The position numbers and the translations under genes were made by a program. 64,000 nucleotides of DNA. Origin: Amphiscolops sp. MND2022. Taxonomy: Eukaryota. Within the stretch, counting starts at the first letter, position 1. Every line of letters starts with the position of its first letter. Location: contig OZ076413.1 in the NCBI GenBank assembly GCA_964187785.1, positions 50,842,001 to 50,906,000 of the forward strand, given 5' to 3'. The notes beneath the pieces were generated by a model. It did not search any database. It worked only from the letters and a program-made list of their open reading frames with translations, and was not told the origin of the DNA. Below are positions 22,372 to 33,600 of this stretch, in pieces.

Positions 22372-24266
22372 CTAAAAAACATAGTTCAGCGTGTGGCTTC
22401 TAAATTCGTCGCGCGTGTTGAGGGTGGGCTTCTTTCTACGAATGAGTACAGCTTCGAGTGCCAATAGGGTTTTGTGATGCTGTTCAGTTGCCAGTATTCG
22501 CACGTCTTCTAAACTCAATTCCAATCCACAATTGGAGAAGTGTTGGCCCACTGGTGTGCTTTTGTTCTTGTGTTCGCGTATTCGGACGTCTAAATGTCGG
22601 ATGGTTTGTCCAACATAGGTTCTACAGCAAGCAGAACAACTTATTTCGTATACAAGATGACTCCGAATAGGTTTAGGAACAATTTCTTTCAGGCTAGGCA
22701 AGTTTGACCTCAAATTCGTGGTGGTAAAGTAGACATTGAGTGATGCCAATGGTTCTAGGGTCTTCTTCAGATTCTTGGCAAAGGTAATGGATGACGGCCC
22801 ATTGTACATTAACTTTAAACCGATGTTCAAATCAGCCTTCGGACGATTCGGCTTCGCAGGAAGACCACTCTTCACCGGTGCCAAAATGTTGTCCAGGGTG
22901 TGACTGGTAATTTTTCAATAAAACTAGTGGGATATTGATTGTCACGTAAAATCTTCTGTGCTTTCATCAGTCCATCGTGAAATTTATGCCACGAAGAGCA
23001 TGTATTGAATATGCGATGTACGAAATCTGATAGGATGCCAGACTTGAAAATGTTTGGTGCTTCGCTGTTATAGTTGAGAACAACACCAGTGTCCGTTTTT
23101 TTGGTGTACCATGAGGCTTCGATTTTGTTCCCAACATGCTCCATACGCATGTCTAAAAACGACAGTCCACCTTCATTATCCTCACTTTCCAATGTAAACT
23201 TGAGATTTGGATGCATTGTGTTCGCAAATTTCAACAGGTACTCTCCTCCTCCTACCAACATAGTTCTCAGTATGTCGTCCACATATCTATAATAGAAGGG
23301 ACTGAAGAGGCCTAGATCATTGTCAAATTTTGACATGAACACATTTGCGAGAAGGGGACCTAAGGAGCTGCCCATAGCTACACCGTCCACTTGTTTGAAG
23401 TAACCTTGATGGGTAGAGAACACCACATCAACACATACAAGTTTCAGCAGCTTCACAAAGGTATCTTGATCAATTGGTGGTGCAAAGTCTTGGTTGGGCG
23501 AATACATGAGCTCAGTTGTGTATTCAATGGCCTCGTTGACAGGGACTTTGGTGAAAAGGCCCTCTACATCTAAGCTAACTAACTGCTCATCAGATTGAAG
23601 TTGGATGTCCGAGAGTTGTCTCATGACCTGACCAACGTTGCAAGAAATTGAGGCCTCCGGTAGCTTTGATCTCCAATTTGCCAACTGCTTTGCCAATGGG
23701 TGGTATGCTGATCCGGGCATTGAGACGATAGGTCGCAGCGGAATATCCTTCTTGTGGACCTTCGCGAGACCATTGAAAGGTGCAGGCTGTGATCCAATGG
23801 GTTTAACTGCTTGAAACAGTTTTTGGTCAATCTTACCATCAGACTGAAGCGTTTTAAGCACATTACAAACACGAAATTCCTCGATTAACGTCAGATCTTT
23901 TTTCTTTGGTGCCAAAGGAACAAACTGGGGGCCTTCAAGCAATTTTCTGACCTTATGATTGTATGTCACAGCTTTCATAAGGCAAAAACCGGTACCCTTG
24001 TCATACGGCACTGCCAGTATGCCCTGGTCTTTCAACCACTGTCTGGTACTTTTGATGTTTTTATCAGGCTTTCTATACTTGCACTTCATTACATACCCCA
24101 CCGTGAGGGCATTGATTTTATTGAGAGCATCCTGATGTAATTTTTCCATAGAAGTTCTTTCCAACAGTAGGTCTATGTTGGCCAAAAACTGTTCTTCTTG
24201 AAAAGATGTCCGACATGGGTGTTTGGGTCCATATCTGAGCAACTCACTGTAACGATCACCTATCAA
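22372..24266 (-). pseudogene. Penelope RT + GIY-YIG endonuclease (frameshift at ~22880-22920; N-terminus disrupted upstream)
   Basis: ORFs of 464 aa and 170 aa with canonical PLE motifs. Confidence 0.9.
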
Positions 24267-25277
24267 GTCTAAAGAGCGGAATTTTTTTGAAAATTTCGTT
24301 CAAGGGACTAGATGCCCTCCCCTGAAAAGTAATATTCCGCTGGGGGACAGCGTGTCTTTATTCAAGGACCTGTCCACAGAATCAAAGAGGATTTAAAAAA
24401 GAAAAAAAGATACCCCATCCCGAACGAGACGACTGAGAAGAATCACAGCAGATGTCAGGAAAGAACTCATTTTCTGCCAATACAAACTGAACTTTCTTCT
24501 TCACTCAAAACTGCGCTTTTATTAGCAAATCGCCACAAGATGTAGTGACTACCCAAAAGGAGTCAATCAGCTTGACCAAGCATCCGTGCTTGTGTCCCCG
24601 GCTAATTGCTGCCTCAGAAGTGCTAATTATGCAGTAAAATACATATTTTGTTATGATAATAGCTCGTGAGCTACTTGTTTTGACTTCCTCACTGACTACG
24701 AAAAAACACGATCTTTCCTTTACCACCTCGATTTTTTTTAAAAGCTATCTAAGCGTTGGTTCCGAAGATTACAGACTGGAACAGGCCGGCGAGCACTTCA
24801 AAAGAAGCGGAATCTTCCTCTGACGGGACAGTTTTTACCCGAAGGAGGCAAAATGAATTCATGGCCATGGGCGCCTGTCCCGGACAAATACCCATGCCAT
24901 GTCTTCCTCCGACTCTTATGGCAACGACGACAATGATGAGAACTTGTCGCTACACACGTACATAAGGAGGTACTTTAATGTCGTCTAGGATTGTCAGATA
25001 GCCGATTGTGATCAAAAGGGGCTTATCTTGCATAGCACTGGCATTTTCAATTTTTCGTTGGTGCCTTGCTTTAGCCTCCTGTACACGTTTTTTACACAAT
25101 TCTTTCAAATGAAACCACAATGAACTTCATTGAATGAAGGCGGTGGGCGTTTGGATCGAATGAATTTGCGCGAATATGCAATCTGTCACTGAGATCGAAG
25201 TAAAATGGTCAAAGAAAATGAGATCGAATCCATGTTTTCAAAGACCTAGCGTTTTCAAATAACAACGTTTTTGGCCG

Positions 25278-25557
25278 TCGGATATGCCCCCAATTTCCTC
25301 TAATGCCCCGCGGCCCCTTGGGGCCGCTTATGTTCCCATCTTGCTAAGCGAGGTCGAACGGGAGCAAAGACCTAGCGGGAACGGAGATCGCGAAGCGATC
25401 GTAGTGGAAGCTGGTCTTTGCGACGGTGAGGGCGAGCGTGCATACATCGCATATATCATGCGAGACGTTTCGGCAAATTTTTTAGCCTGAGACGTTTCGG
25501 CATATTTTTTTGCCGAAACGTCCGCCGCCATGTTTTTGCCGAAACGTCCGGAATTCG
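25278..25557 (+). mobile_element. Partial copy of the 18538-19071 MITE (core plus right end)
   Basis: High similarity to ~18768-19070. Confidence 0.8.
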
Positions 25558-25984
25558 AGAAACACATGACTCCAAAAAACGTATCCGTTGTATCCAAAGT
25601 TGTAACTGAATATATTTCTTTTCATAGGCGCGGTATTGCTTCAGTACATCACGCCTTGCCAATTCCCAGTATAGGAATCTTCGGGGTAACACACTTGATA
25701 TTGTTAAATTAAGGAATAAAAAGACAAGTGTTGAATTAAAAAGCTTTTCGAATGTAACATCATTCATCATCAGTTAACATTGTATCTAAAATAAAAGAAA
25801 CATTTAGTTGCAAAAACCAGGTATTGTACAATCACTAAATGATTACAGGACAGAAATACTGCCACACTAAAAAACATAGTTCAGCGTGTGGCTTTTGATT
25901 TCGTCGCGCGTGCCATTACATAAGTGGCTTGAATCCCCGGTAGTGTTGTGTTCTACTGGGAGCTGTGTGGCATCAGCTTCAGTT

Positions 25985-25996
25985 AGAAGGGGATAA
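25985..25996 (+). promoter_or_regulatory. Polypurine tract of the TRIM
   Basis: AGAAGGGGATAA immediately before the 3' LTR. Confidence 0.8.
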
Positions 25997-26047
25997 TATA
26001 ACAACGGCGTTGTTACTGATAAGTCGAATGATTGGTGAGATTAAATA

Positions 26048-26124
26048 AGCCATTTGGTCTAATGGTTAAGGCGCTTGCTAGCTAGATCTGTCTTGAGATG
26101 CAGGTTCGAGTCCTGTAATGGCTA
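26048..26124 (+). tRNA. tRNA-like gene inside the 3' LTR
   Basis: Perfect acceptor stem AGCCATT/AATGGCT, A-box TGGTCTAATGG, B-box GGTTCGAGTCC, TTTT after the discriminator; 4-nt deletion in the anticodon region relative to the 5' LTR. Confidence 0.75.
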
Positions 26125-26531
26125 TTTTCTCACAATCATGTCGAGCTTGGGTTGTTACACATGTGACTCATTGCAATTTTTGGTTTCAATTATTGATTGG
26201 CAAGTATTTTCATCAACTATCAACTAAAACATTTTTTGTCCCCAATTATTTTCCAGCTTTTAATTGCGAGGCCCTGATCTCCAGTCCTGTAGGAGTTTCC
26301 GTAACATCCAAAACCGAATAAATAGTGACTATATATAGTTTTTGTGTGATGGCGTGTGTAAGGAGGGTCCCCCCGTCCTGGTATTTTTACTTTGGAGGGT
26401 CCCCTTTGGTGTGGATAATTACCAATGGAAAAAAATCTTAGCTGTATATATATACACACCAAAGTAAATTAACTTCTTCCTACGTTCTTTTTCTTAGATT
26501 AATAATAAAGCATTTTTAGTACACCGATTAC

Positions 26532-26979
26532 GGTGGTTTCCCAAATGACATAAATGCAAATAACATAAAAATAAATTAATTCCCAGAAAACATAAAAGTA
26601 CATTGAATTCCCATTTAACATAAAAATGAAATATTATTATAACGTAGTCAGATATGTTCACATACCCCTAGTGCCCTAAATGCAGGAGCGAAGCGAAGCG
26701 GAGCGACGTGCCATATGGCCATGCCTCAATGTTGCTACTTGGCGAAGGGAGCGAAGCGACCGAGCCATACAACAAATATGCAAACCTTTTCAAATAAATC
26801 AAGATCCAACATATTGGCTGTAACAATGATTCAGCGCAAGCGAGAAAATAACGCAAGGTTGAATTTCAATTTTCAACCAATCAGAAGCGCTTAATTGTTT
26901 TATGTTTTCTGGGAATTAATTTATTTTTATGTTATTTGCATTTATGTCATTTGCATTTATGTCATTTGGGACGTAATCC
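26532..26979. mobile_element. MITE with long AT-rich TIRs carrying the GCGAAGC core module
   Basis: TIR CCCAAATGACATAAATGCAAATAACATAAAAATAAATTAATTCCCAGAAAACATAAAA and its reverse complement; flanking CGATTAC duplication; core 26642-26778 matches 19939-20075. Confidence 0.8.
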
Positions 26980-27343
26980 CGATTACCTTATTCTTTTCCC
27001 TTTTGAATGTAACGAAGTTTATAGTTTCATATACCGAATAAATTAATTAACATGTTTTTCATTATGAAAAAAATCAATTTCAAACTTTTACCAGTTTTTC
27101 TTCAGTTTTTTCAGCGGAAATCAATAGGAAACCGACTTTGTGCAGCTGAAATAAATGCTCGTTAATCTTGTATCATATGGCGTCTAAATTCATTTTGACA
27201 TTATTTTCAGATGACAGAAATGGAATGAATTTATCGTGGTAATTGATTTGGTGTCACTCAAATACTACATCAGTTCATTTAGATGTCCAATAACGCTGAT
27301 TTTTTTTCATAGTTTCTGTCTTAACATGTTTTTTGAGGTAGAA

Positions 27344-30300
27344 ATGGATGCCAGAAGAAAGGACGCTTTGACAAAGGCAAGGTTTGATTTGTCGTCTAAA
27401 ATGCAGAGCTTGCCTGAAATTTGTGACTACCTTGTGTCAGCTGGAGAATTAACGGATGCATTGATTGATGAAATAAATAGGTCAGTACTTTCCTGAATGT
27501 TACAGGTGCTCCATTCCATTAAACAATTACCTGGATGGTCATTTAGCTGGTGTATATGCATACAGTACTCTATATAGTTGTACTGAACTAGTTACATATT
27601 TTAATTCGGCACAGTCTATTTTTTCATGACCCTGATTTGCCTATTTGTGGTTACTATTTTGTTTTTTTGATATGTCACTTAATTCATTTTGAAAATTTGT
27701 CACTGAAACCGTATGGTAATAGCAAAAATGAAATGTTACGAAAGCTGCGAAGTCTTCGCTAGTTCAATGCGCGTACCTGTGAGCCAGCGCTTTTCCAAGA
27801 CTTTGGCTAGTTTATTTCATTCTCGTAGTAGCGCTTTCATTGGGATGAAGCGAACTAGTGTTGATTATTCGTAAGCCGAGAGCTTTGTCTGCATTCGAAT
27901 ACGTCTTGTATCTTCTCTTGTTCGAGTAACATAGCGCTTTTTGTGAAAATTTCGCCTATAACTGTCCGTGGGCATATTTAGAAAACTTTGCTCTGTATGA
28001 GCTTCAAACTGATCATCGATTTATGGTGTTCCTGTCTTGTCGGCGGTTTTTGGGCTTTTTTAAAAAGTTTTTCTGGTTCTAAAAGTTTTTCGTGTATCCA
28101 TCCCCTCTGCATATTTAAAGACTGTGCCACAACCCGGGCGTCGACTCGAGACGTTCCACTCTCCATGAAGTTCAGCGAATTTATTAACCAGCAGCTTTGA
28201 AACGTAGATCCGAGAATTGACTCCTGCGAGCATCCAAGGACGCGCAGTTAATGCCTAAAAGTTTGTGGAATTGTACATGTGATATATATCTTCGACCCGA
28301 AAAAACTCGGTGATTTAAGCCGACATCATTTAAGCAGATAGGCCGGGACTCTGCTAAGTTGGATCTAATTACCGTGGCTTGTGACGAAATGACATATGGA
28401 ACTTTAATTAGAGTACTGCCTTTTATTGTTACAGCAAAGGCACCAAAACTAAGCAGAACTCAGAATTACTGAAAATAATAGCAACTCGAGGTGACTCAGC
28501 TTATGACGCGTTTCGCAATGCTCTCATTGAAACCAAGGCCCAAAAGTTTCTCCTGGAGAAGCTTCCCGACTTCAGTCCACAGAACGAGAGAAGTGTTCGC
28601 GATGAAACCGAAGCGGTTAGTCTTAATTTGGCAATCGTTATAATTCCATGGACTCAAGTCAGAAGAGCTCGGCATCCTTTGAGAGTTTTCCATTTCTATA
28701 GGCTAAGAAGTGATACACTAGGGTACCAAAAAGCTAAAGACCCTCAATTTCGCCAACAAAATTTCAAATCGCTATAAGTGTTTACAATCACGGGGTCTAA
28801 ATATCCCAGGAGCAAAACTTTCTCAAATTTTGATCGGAATTCCAGGGATATTTTTTATTTTGAAATCCAAGAAAAAGTGCAAAAGTTATAACACTTCGCT
28901 GCTTTTTTTGACTTGGCATTTTCTAAAATTTATCACATCCCGAAAACCGCTGTTATGAACAAAAAAGGCCTGCAACAAATTTTGTAGCTTTGATTCAGAT
29001 CTCTAGCTTTTGACTTTGACACATTCTGAAAACCCTCCTTTAGAATTTACACTGCAAAACCATCACGAAATGCTGATTTAATTTTTACACCGTAAAAAAT
29101 ATTGCTCCTACGGATTCACAACAGTTTTTGGCTGCTAATTTTTCAAGAAGGAATTTTCAGAAAGTGTTTTGAAAAGTTAAAGATCAGTGTCAAGGCTACA
29201 AAACTTATCAAGGATGGTTTTTCTTCGGCCCAGTGTTCTTATTTCAGATATTCCGTGATGAAGTCCGAAAAATTACAAAATTCCTCAAATTACCATGTGA
29301 CATGACATTTCAAATTTTCATTTGATTTCAAAGTTATTTTTTCAAAAAATATCGATGTAATCCTGATCAAAATCTGGGGAGCTTTTGTTACTGTGACTTT
29401 GTTAAATGCATGTCCTAAGACAAAATGCGCTTTTTAAGTTTTTGCCGGTGATATTAGCTGTGTTCAGCTTTTTGGTGCCATAGTGTTATAGCTTCTCAAC
29501 GTGACCCCTTTTTCCGTCAATGCACTCATGGAAGTCTGAACTACATACTAAAAGTATCTTGGTGTAGTTACAATTTATCATAAACACGAGCGACGTCCAA
29601 AGACATGAGCAGTAAATTGACATTTCAATATCCACATATTTTATTCTAACGTGGAATTATTTTTAGACCAGGCGGGTGACCCCACCTCCTTCGTCTACAG
29701 GAAGTAGTTCAGTAAGTTGCTTCATGTCATATTCGAGAAAAAGTTAGTTATCCATCAAGGATGATAACTATCTTGACGTATACAAATCAATGGAACAGTT
29801 TGTTGGATCTTTAGCCTGAGCTTTGACCTGTATTTTTAGTCGGCGCTTTTCTTAAGAAAAGAGCCCGACTATTACAGGCACTGTGCGACTTTTTTTCGAA
29901 TTTTTTTTGTTATTTTGCTACAGAATGCGTGTTCATAAATCAAAAAGGGTCCCCCTTTTACATTTTTCGGCACTGTGCGACATTTTCCGAAAGAATTTTT
30001 TTTCGAAAATTTCAAGTTTTTTTCCAAAAAAAATGTTTTGCGCTTTTTGAGCCTTAGATATAGCGCCGACTTGAGACGTTCCCGTCTTGTTCAGTTTCCG
30101 GAAAGTTCAAAGTTTGTATACGCAGTCCTGTCGATTCGCTCTTTTGAAGCTCATGAAGGTTCTCAATATTACCAATTCCCGTGATGCTCATGATATAGCG
30201 TTCATAATGAGTCAAATTTATTTTCAGGTTCTTAATTTTTGACTGCGCGCTTTTTCACTTATGTCAATAAGACCTCTATTGGAGTGTTACTTGTTACTGT

Positions 30301-30576
30301 CATGCCGAGAATGTTTTCCTGATTGAGAAAAACTAGTTATTTTTCCTGTTACCGTTTTTGAGATCTTTTTTCGTCTTTGACCTTCGTTGAGTTTTTAGCC
30401 TGCAAGTGTGAACTCTAACTACATTCTGTCGTCCCTGCAAGACGATCTTTTGCAAAAACTGGATGAAGTACACATAGACACTACAGACAGCAGACCCACA
30501 TCTGACCTCGGTGCTTACCCTGTCGACCCAGATCATCCAGGTTCAGTGGTGTCCTTGACGTTTTAATGGTACAAAT

Positions 30577-30607
<31 letters not shown>

Positions 30608-33600
30608 TAGTAGTAGAATAGACTTTGGGGCGTATCCCTAGGAGGTTTTCCCCTTTGATTTTTAATTTAGTCGCAGTTTTTCAAAGATGTTGCCGTGTTC
30701 AAAATTGGGAGCCGTGCCCCGTTAAAGGCTCAAAAAGCCCAGCCTTTTCAAGCACGAATGGTTTGTGAGGGAATTCCTGAAGGTTTCACAGTGCCGAAAA
30801 ATTCGTTTCCACGTGATTGCATAAAAAGGTAACCTTTTAACAACAGGAAAATTTCTTTAATAAGGCAAAAACCACAGGGGGCCTTTTCGGCTCTTCTAGT
30901 TTCGTAAAGACAAATGCTCAGCAAATAAAAAAGACCTATAGAATGCTTTGTATTTGATTTATAAAAGTACACCAAGTAATTCTGTTGAAAAAAACATTCA
31001 GAGCGAGGTCTGTGATTTGAAGAGAAACCAGTCTCTTCAAAATTTGGGTTTTTTCAATAAGCGACAACAAAGTTTCCACTGATTCTCCGTGTGAATTCTC
31101 GTTTCCCAGTTGTACATTTTTTTCTGTACATGTTCTTATCTTGAAATTCGGCGCCTGAAATCTCTTGTATGTTTTTTACTTTCGTTATCTAGTGATTTTT
31201 GTGAAGCCTCTTTATTAAGTTTAAATGCGCTTCAACTCCAGAAGTTCTTTGAGAAAAAATCATCGAAAATCTTGTAAAATTTCAATTTGTCAAACTTTAA
31301 TATCAAAACCGTTACAAGTGAAAGGTAAAAGTGTTTCAATTGGACATCACTTGGCAATCAGGTCTTGCTTTGGTGATCAACAACGTGCACTTTGATCACA
31401 TGCGAGAGAGACAAGGCTCAGATGTGGATGAGCATAATATCAAACTTCTACTGCGTGCCTACAACTTCCAAATATTTGAAGATGGCAGGACAAGAGATCT
31501 CAACATGAACAGAATGACTGATGTCATCGAACGCTTCTCCCAACTCAGAGATCATCAGGTTGGGGAAAGGATGTTGTGTGTTACATCAATGTTACAATCA
31601 TTTCATAAATCAGATACAGTCCTGTGATGAAAGAATGGAATCCCTGTTTGAAAAGAAACAAGCCGGGAACAGCATACGTCGGCGCCATATCTAAGGCTCA
31701 AAAATAGCAAAAGGACTTTTTCTTTTACAGTACAAGAAAAATCCAAAAATTGACCGAATTGACGCACTAATAGGGGGATTTTTTAACATCCATTCTGTTG
31801 CAAAATATCAAAAAAATGAAGGGGGACCTTTTGTCTTGCTCGATGTTGTATGTTACCCTAAAAAAAGGAACAACCGGAATTATTTTGGTACAGAGATTCG
31901 ATATTTTTTGGGCGGATCTATTTACCGGTAATCGGCAATAGGCCATGATTTCTTTTCAGAATTATACACAAAGATCCTTTAAAGTCAATCAGTGTTTTTT
32001 TGTGGAAAATTTCCAACCTTGATTCTATCTGTATCCTGTTCTTGTTGAACTCATAACCAGTGAATTCGGTCGCTTTTAAGCGAAAGCGCAAAAGAAGCGA
32101 AAGTGACGTAATATCCGAATAAGAGCCGACAGTAAAAGCGACCACTGAAATTTGCGCTTATTTGAATGGTCGGAAATTTTTGCTTTTTCGGTAAGAAAAA
32201 GTGCCAACTGCTACAGTGGCAAGTTTTTTTGGCTGGGCGTTTCATCCGAAACCAGTACAGTTGAAAGATTTGTATCTTGTGGTGGTCGTTTGTTGACAAG
32301 AAGAAATAATGGATCAAAATTTCCAAAGTTCGAAATGTTGCTAAGAAATTGCAGCTTTTGAAAACCTAAAATCGCTCAGCCAAAATTGTCTCCCAAAAAT
32401 TGCCCCTTAAGGGTTAGTGGGCCAGTCATAAGCGCGGTTTTTGGTAAAACTTAATTCACTGCTTTTAACTCATTGAAGTATCTTCGTTTCAACCGTTTTT
32501 GTTTGTACCAGAGGTACAGCTGTTCCATAGTGATAGTGCTAACCCACGGACAGGACGGGTACCTGTTCGCCACCGACTCCTACAGGAACAACTTGGTCAG
32601 TGTGAAGTGGATGCTGGAATTGTTCCAGGGCAACAACTGTCCCAACTTGAACGGCAAACCCAAGCTCTTCTTCCTCCAAGCATGCAGGGGTGAGCTCATG
32701 GACAAGGGTGCGGACCTGTATGGACATGATGCTACCGATGCCGCTGGTTAGATATACAAAGTTACAGTTTGTTTGATTGCTGCTCTTGAGCTAGCATGTT
32801 CAATTATATTTGCTGTTTTTTGTCCCCCTTGGAAACACGAATTTCATCACTGGAAGCGAAGTGAAAGGAAAGAAACATTGAAGTTAACCTCAAACTAATA
32901 AAGACTTCCCATTCTTGTACCTTTTCTTAAGAAGATCAAGCTGTGGCTAAATGTACAATTTCGCAGCTATGAAAACAATTTTCGTTTTCAGAGACCCAAG
33001 ACTTACGTTTTCTTTTTGAGGGGTTTCAAATAACATACTATCAGTTTCGTTCAATTCTTGAAAGCATCTGAGAAACTGAATTGGTTTTTGTCGAAATAGT
33101 TGCCATTAGTTCTGTTTTTGTTATCGTTCAGATGAAGCGATGCCACCTGTAGCGCAAGGAGACGCGTCGAATCCGGACGAGATCTTGTACAAGAAACTGA
33201 TAAAGCAGAACTATGACGAAGTAGATGCCATCACGCGGGGAGACGTGGTTGCCTCTCACAGCGACATCTTCATAGCTTATGCCACCGTGCCCGGATATGT
33301 AAGCTGGAGGAACAGCGCCAATGGCTCCTGGTTCATACAGGCTAGTAGTAGAAAAATATTCTCAGGTATTCAATTGCATCTCTTGTAGAGGTGCACCGGA
33401 CTGGGAATTTCCCGTCCGACCGGACAGGACTGATTGAAACCGAATACCGGCCGGATCGGAAATTATCCTCAGGTATTAGCGATGACAGAGTGTTTTCAGA
33501 ATTGATCAATGAGTATGGCGAAAAACAAAGTGAACCTTTTCTTTTCAAATAGTGCCGAAATCAAAAATGGCAATAAATCTGTCATATGCGATCAGTTGCC

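Larger units (their letters stand above)
22213..25911 (-). mobile_element. Penelope-like element #1 with pseudo-LTRs
   Basis: RT ORF 24266-22872 (LRPIVS, SLDVEGLFT, DGVAMGSSLGP, YVDD) frameshifting into a GIY-YIG ORF 22884-22372 (LVYEISCSACCRTYVGQT). pLTR direct repeats 22217-22417 / 25712-25912. Flanking duplication GCCATTAC (22205-22212 / 25912-25919). Confidence 0.93.
22032..26159 (+). mobile_element. TRIM (miniature non-autonomous LTR retrotransposon) with tRNA-like LTRs; ~420 bp after removing the inserted Penelope
   Basis: Direct repeats 22032-22198 and 25997-26159 ending GTTGTTACA; PBS at 22200; PPT AGAAGGGGATAA at 25985-25996; flanks CATT/CATG; ~91-bp internal region; solo LTR with 4-bp TSD elsewhere in the window. 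Confidence 0.9.

Noticed and set aside
22014..26171. TGTGACTCAT on both sides of the TRIM as a 10-bp TSD
   Set aside because: Not flush with the LTR termini; the flush 4-bp CATT/CATG fits the solo-LTR TSD length better.
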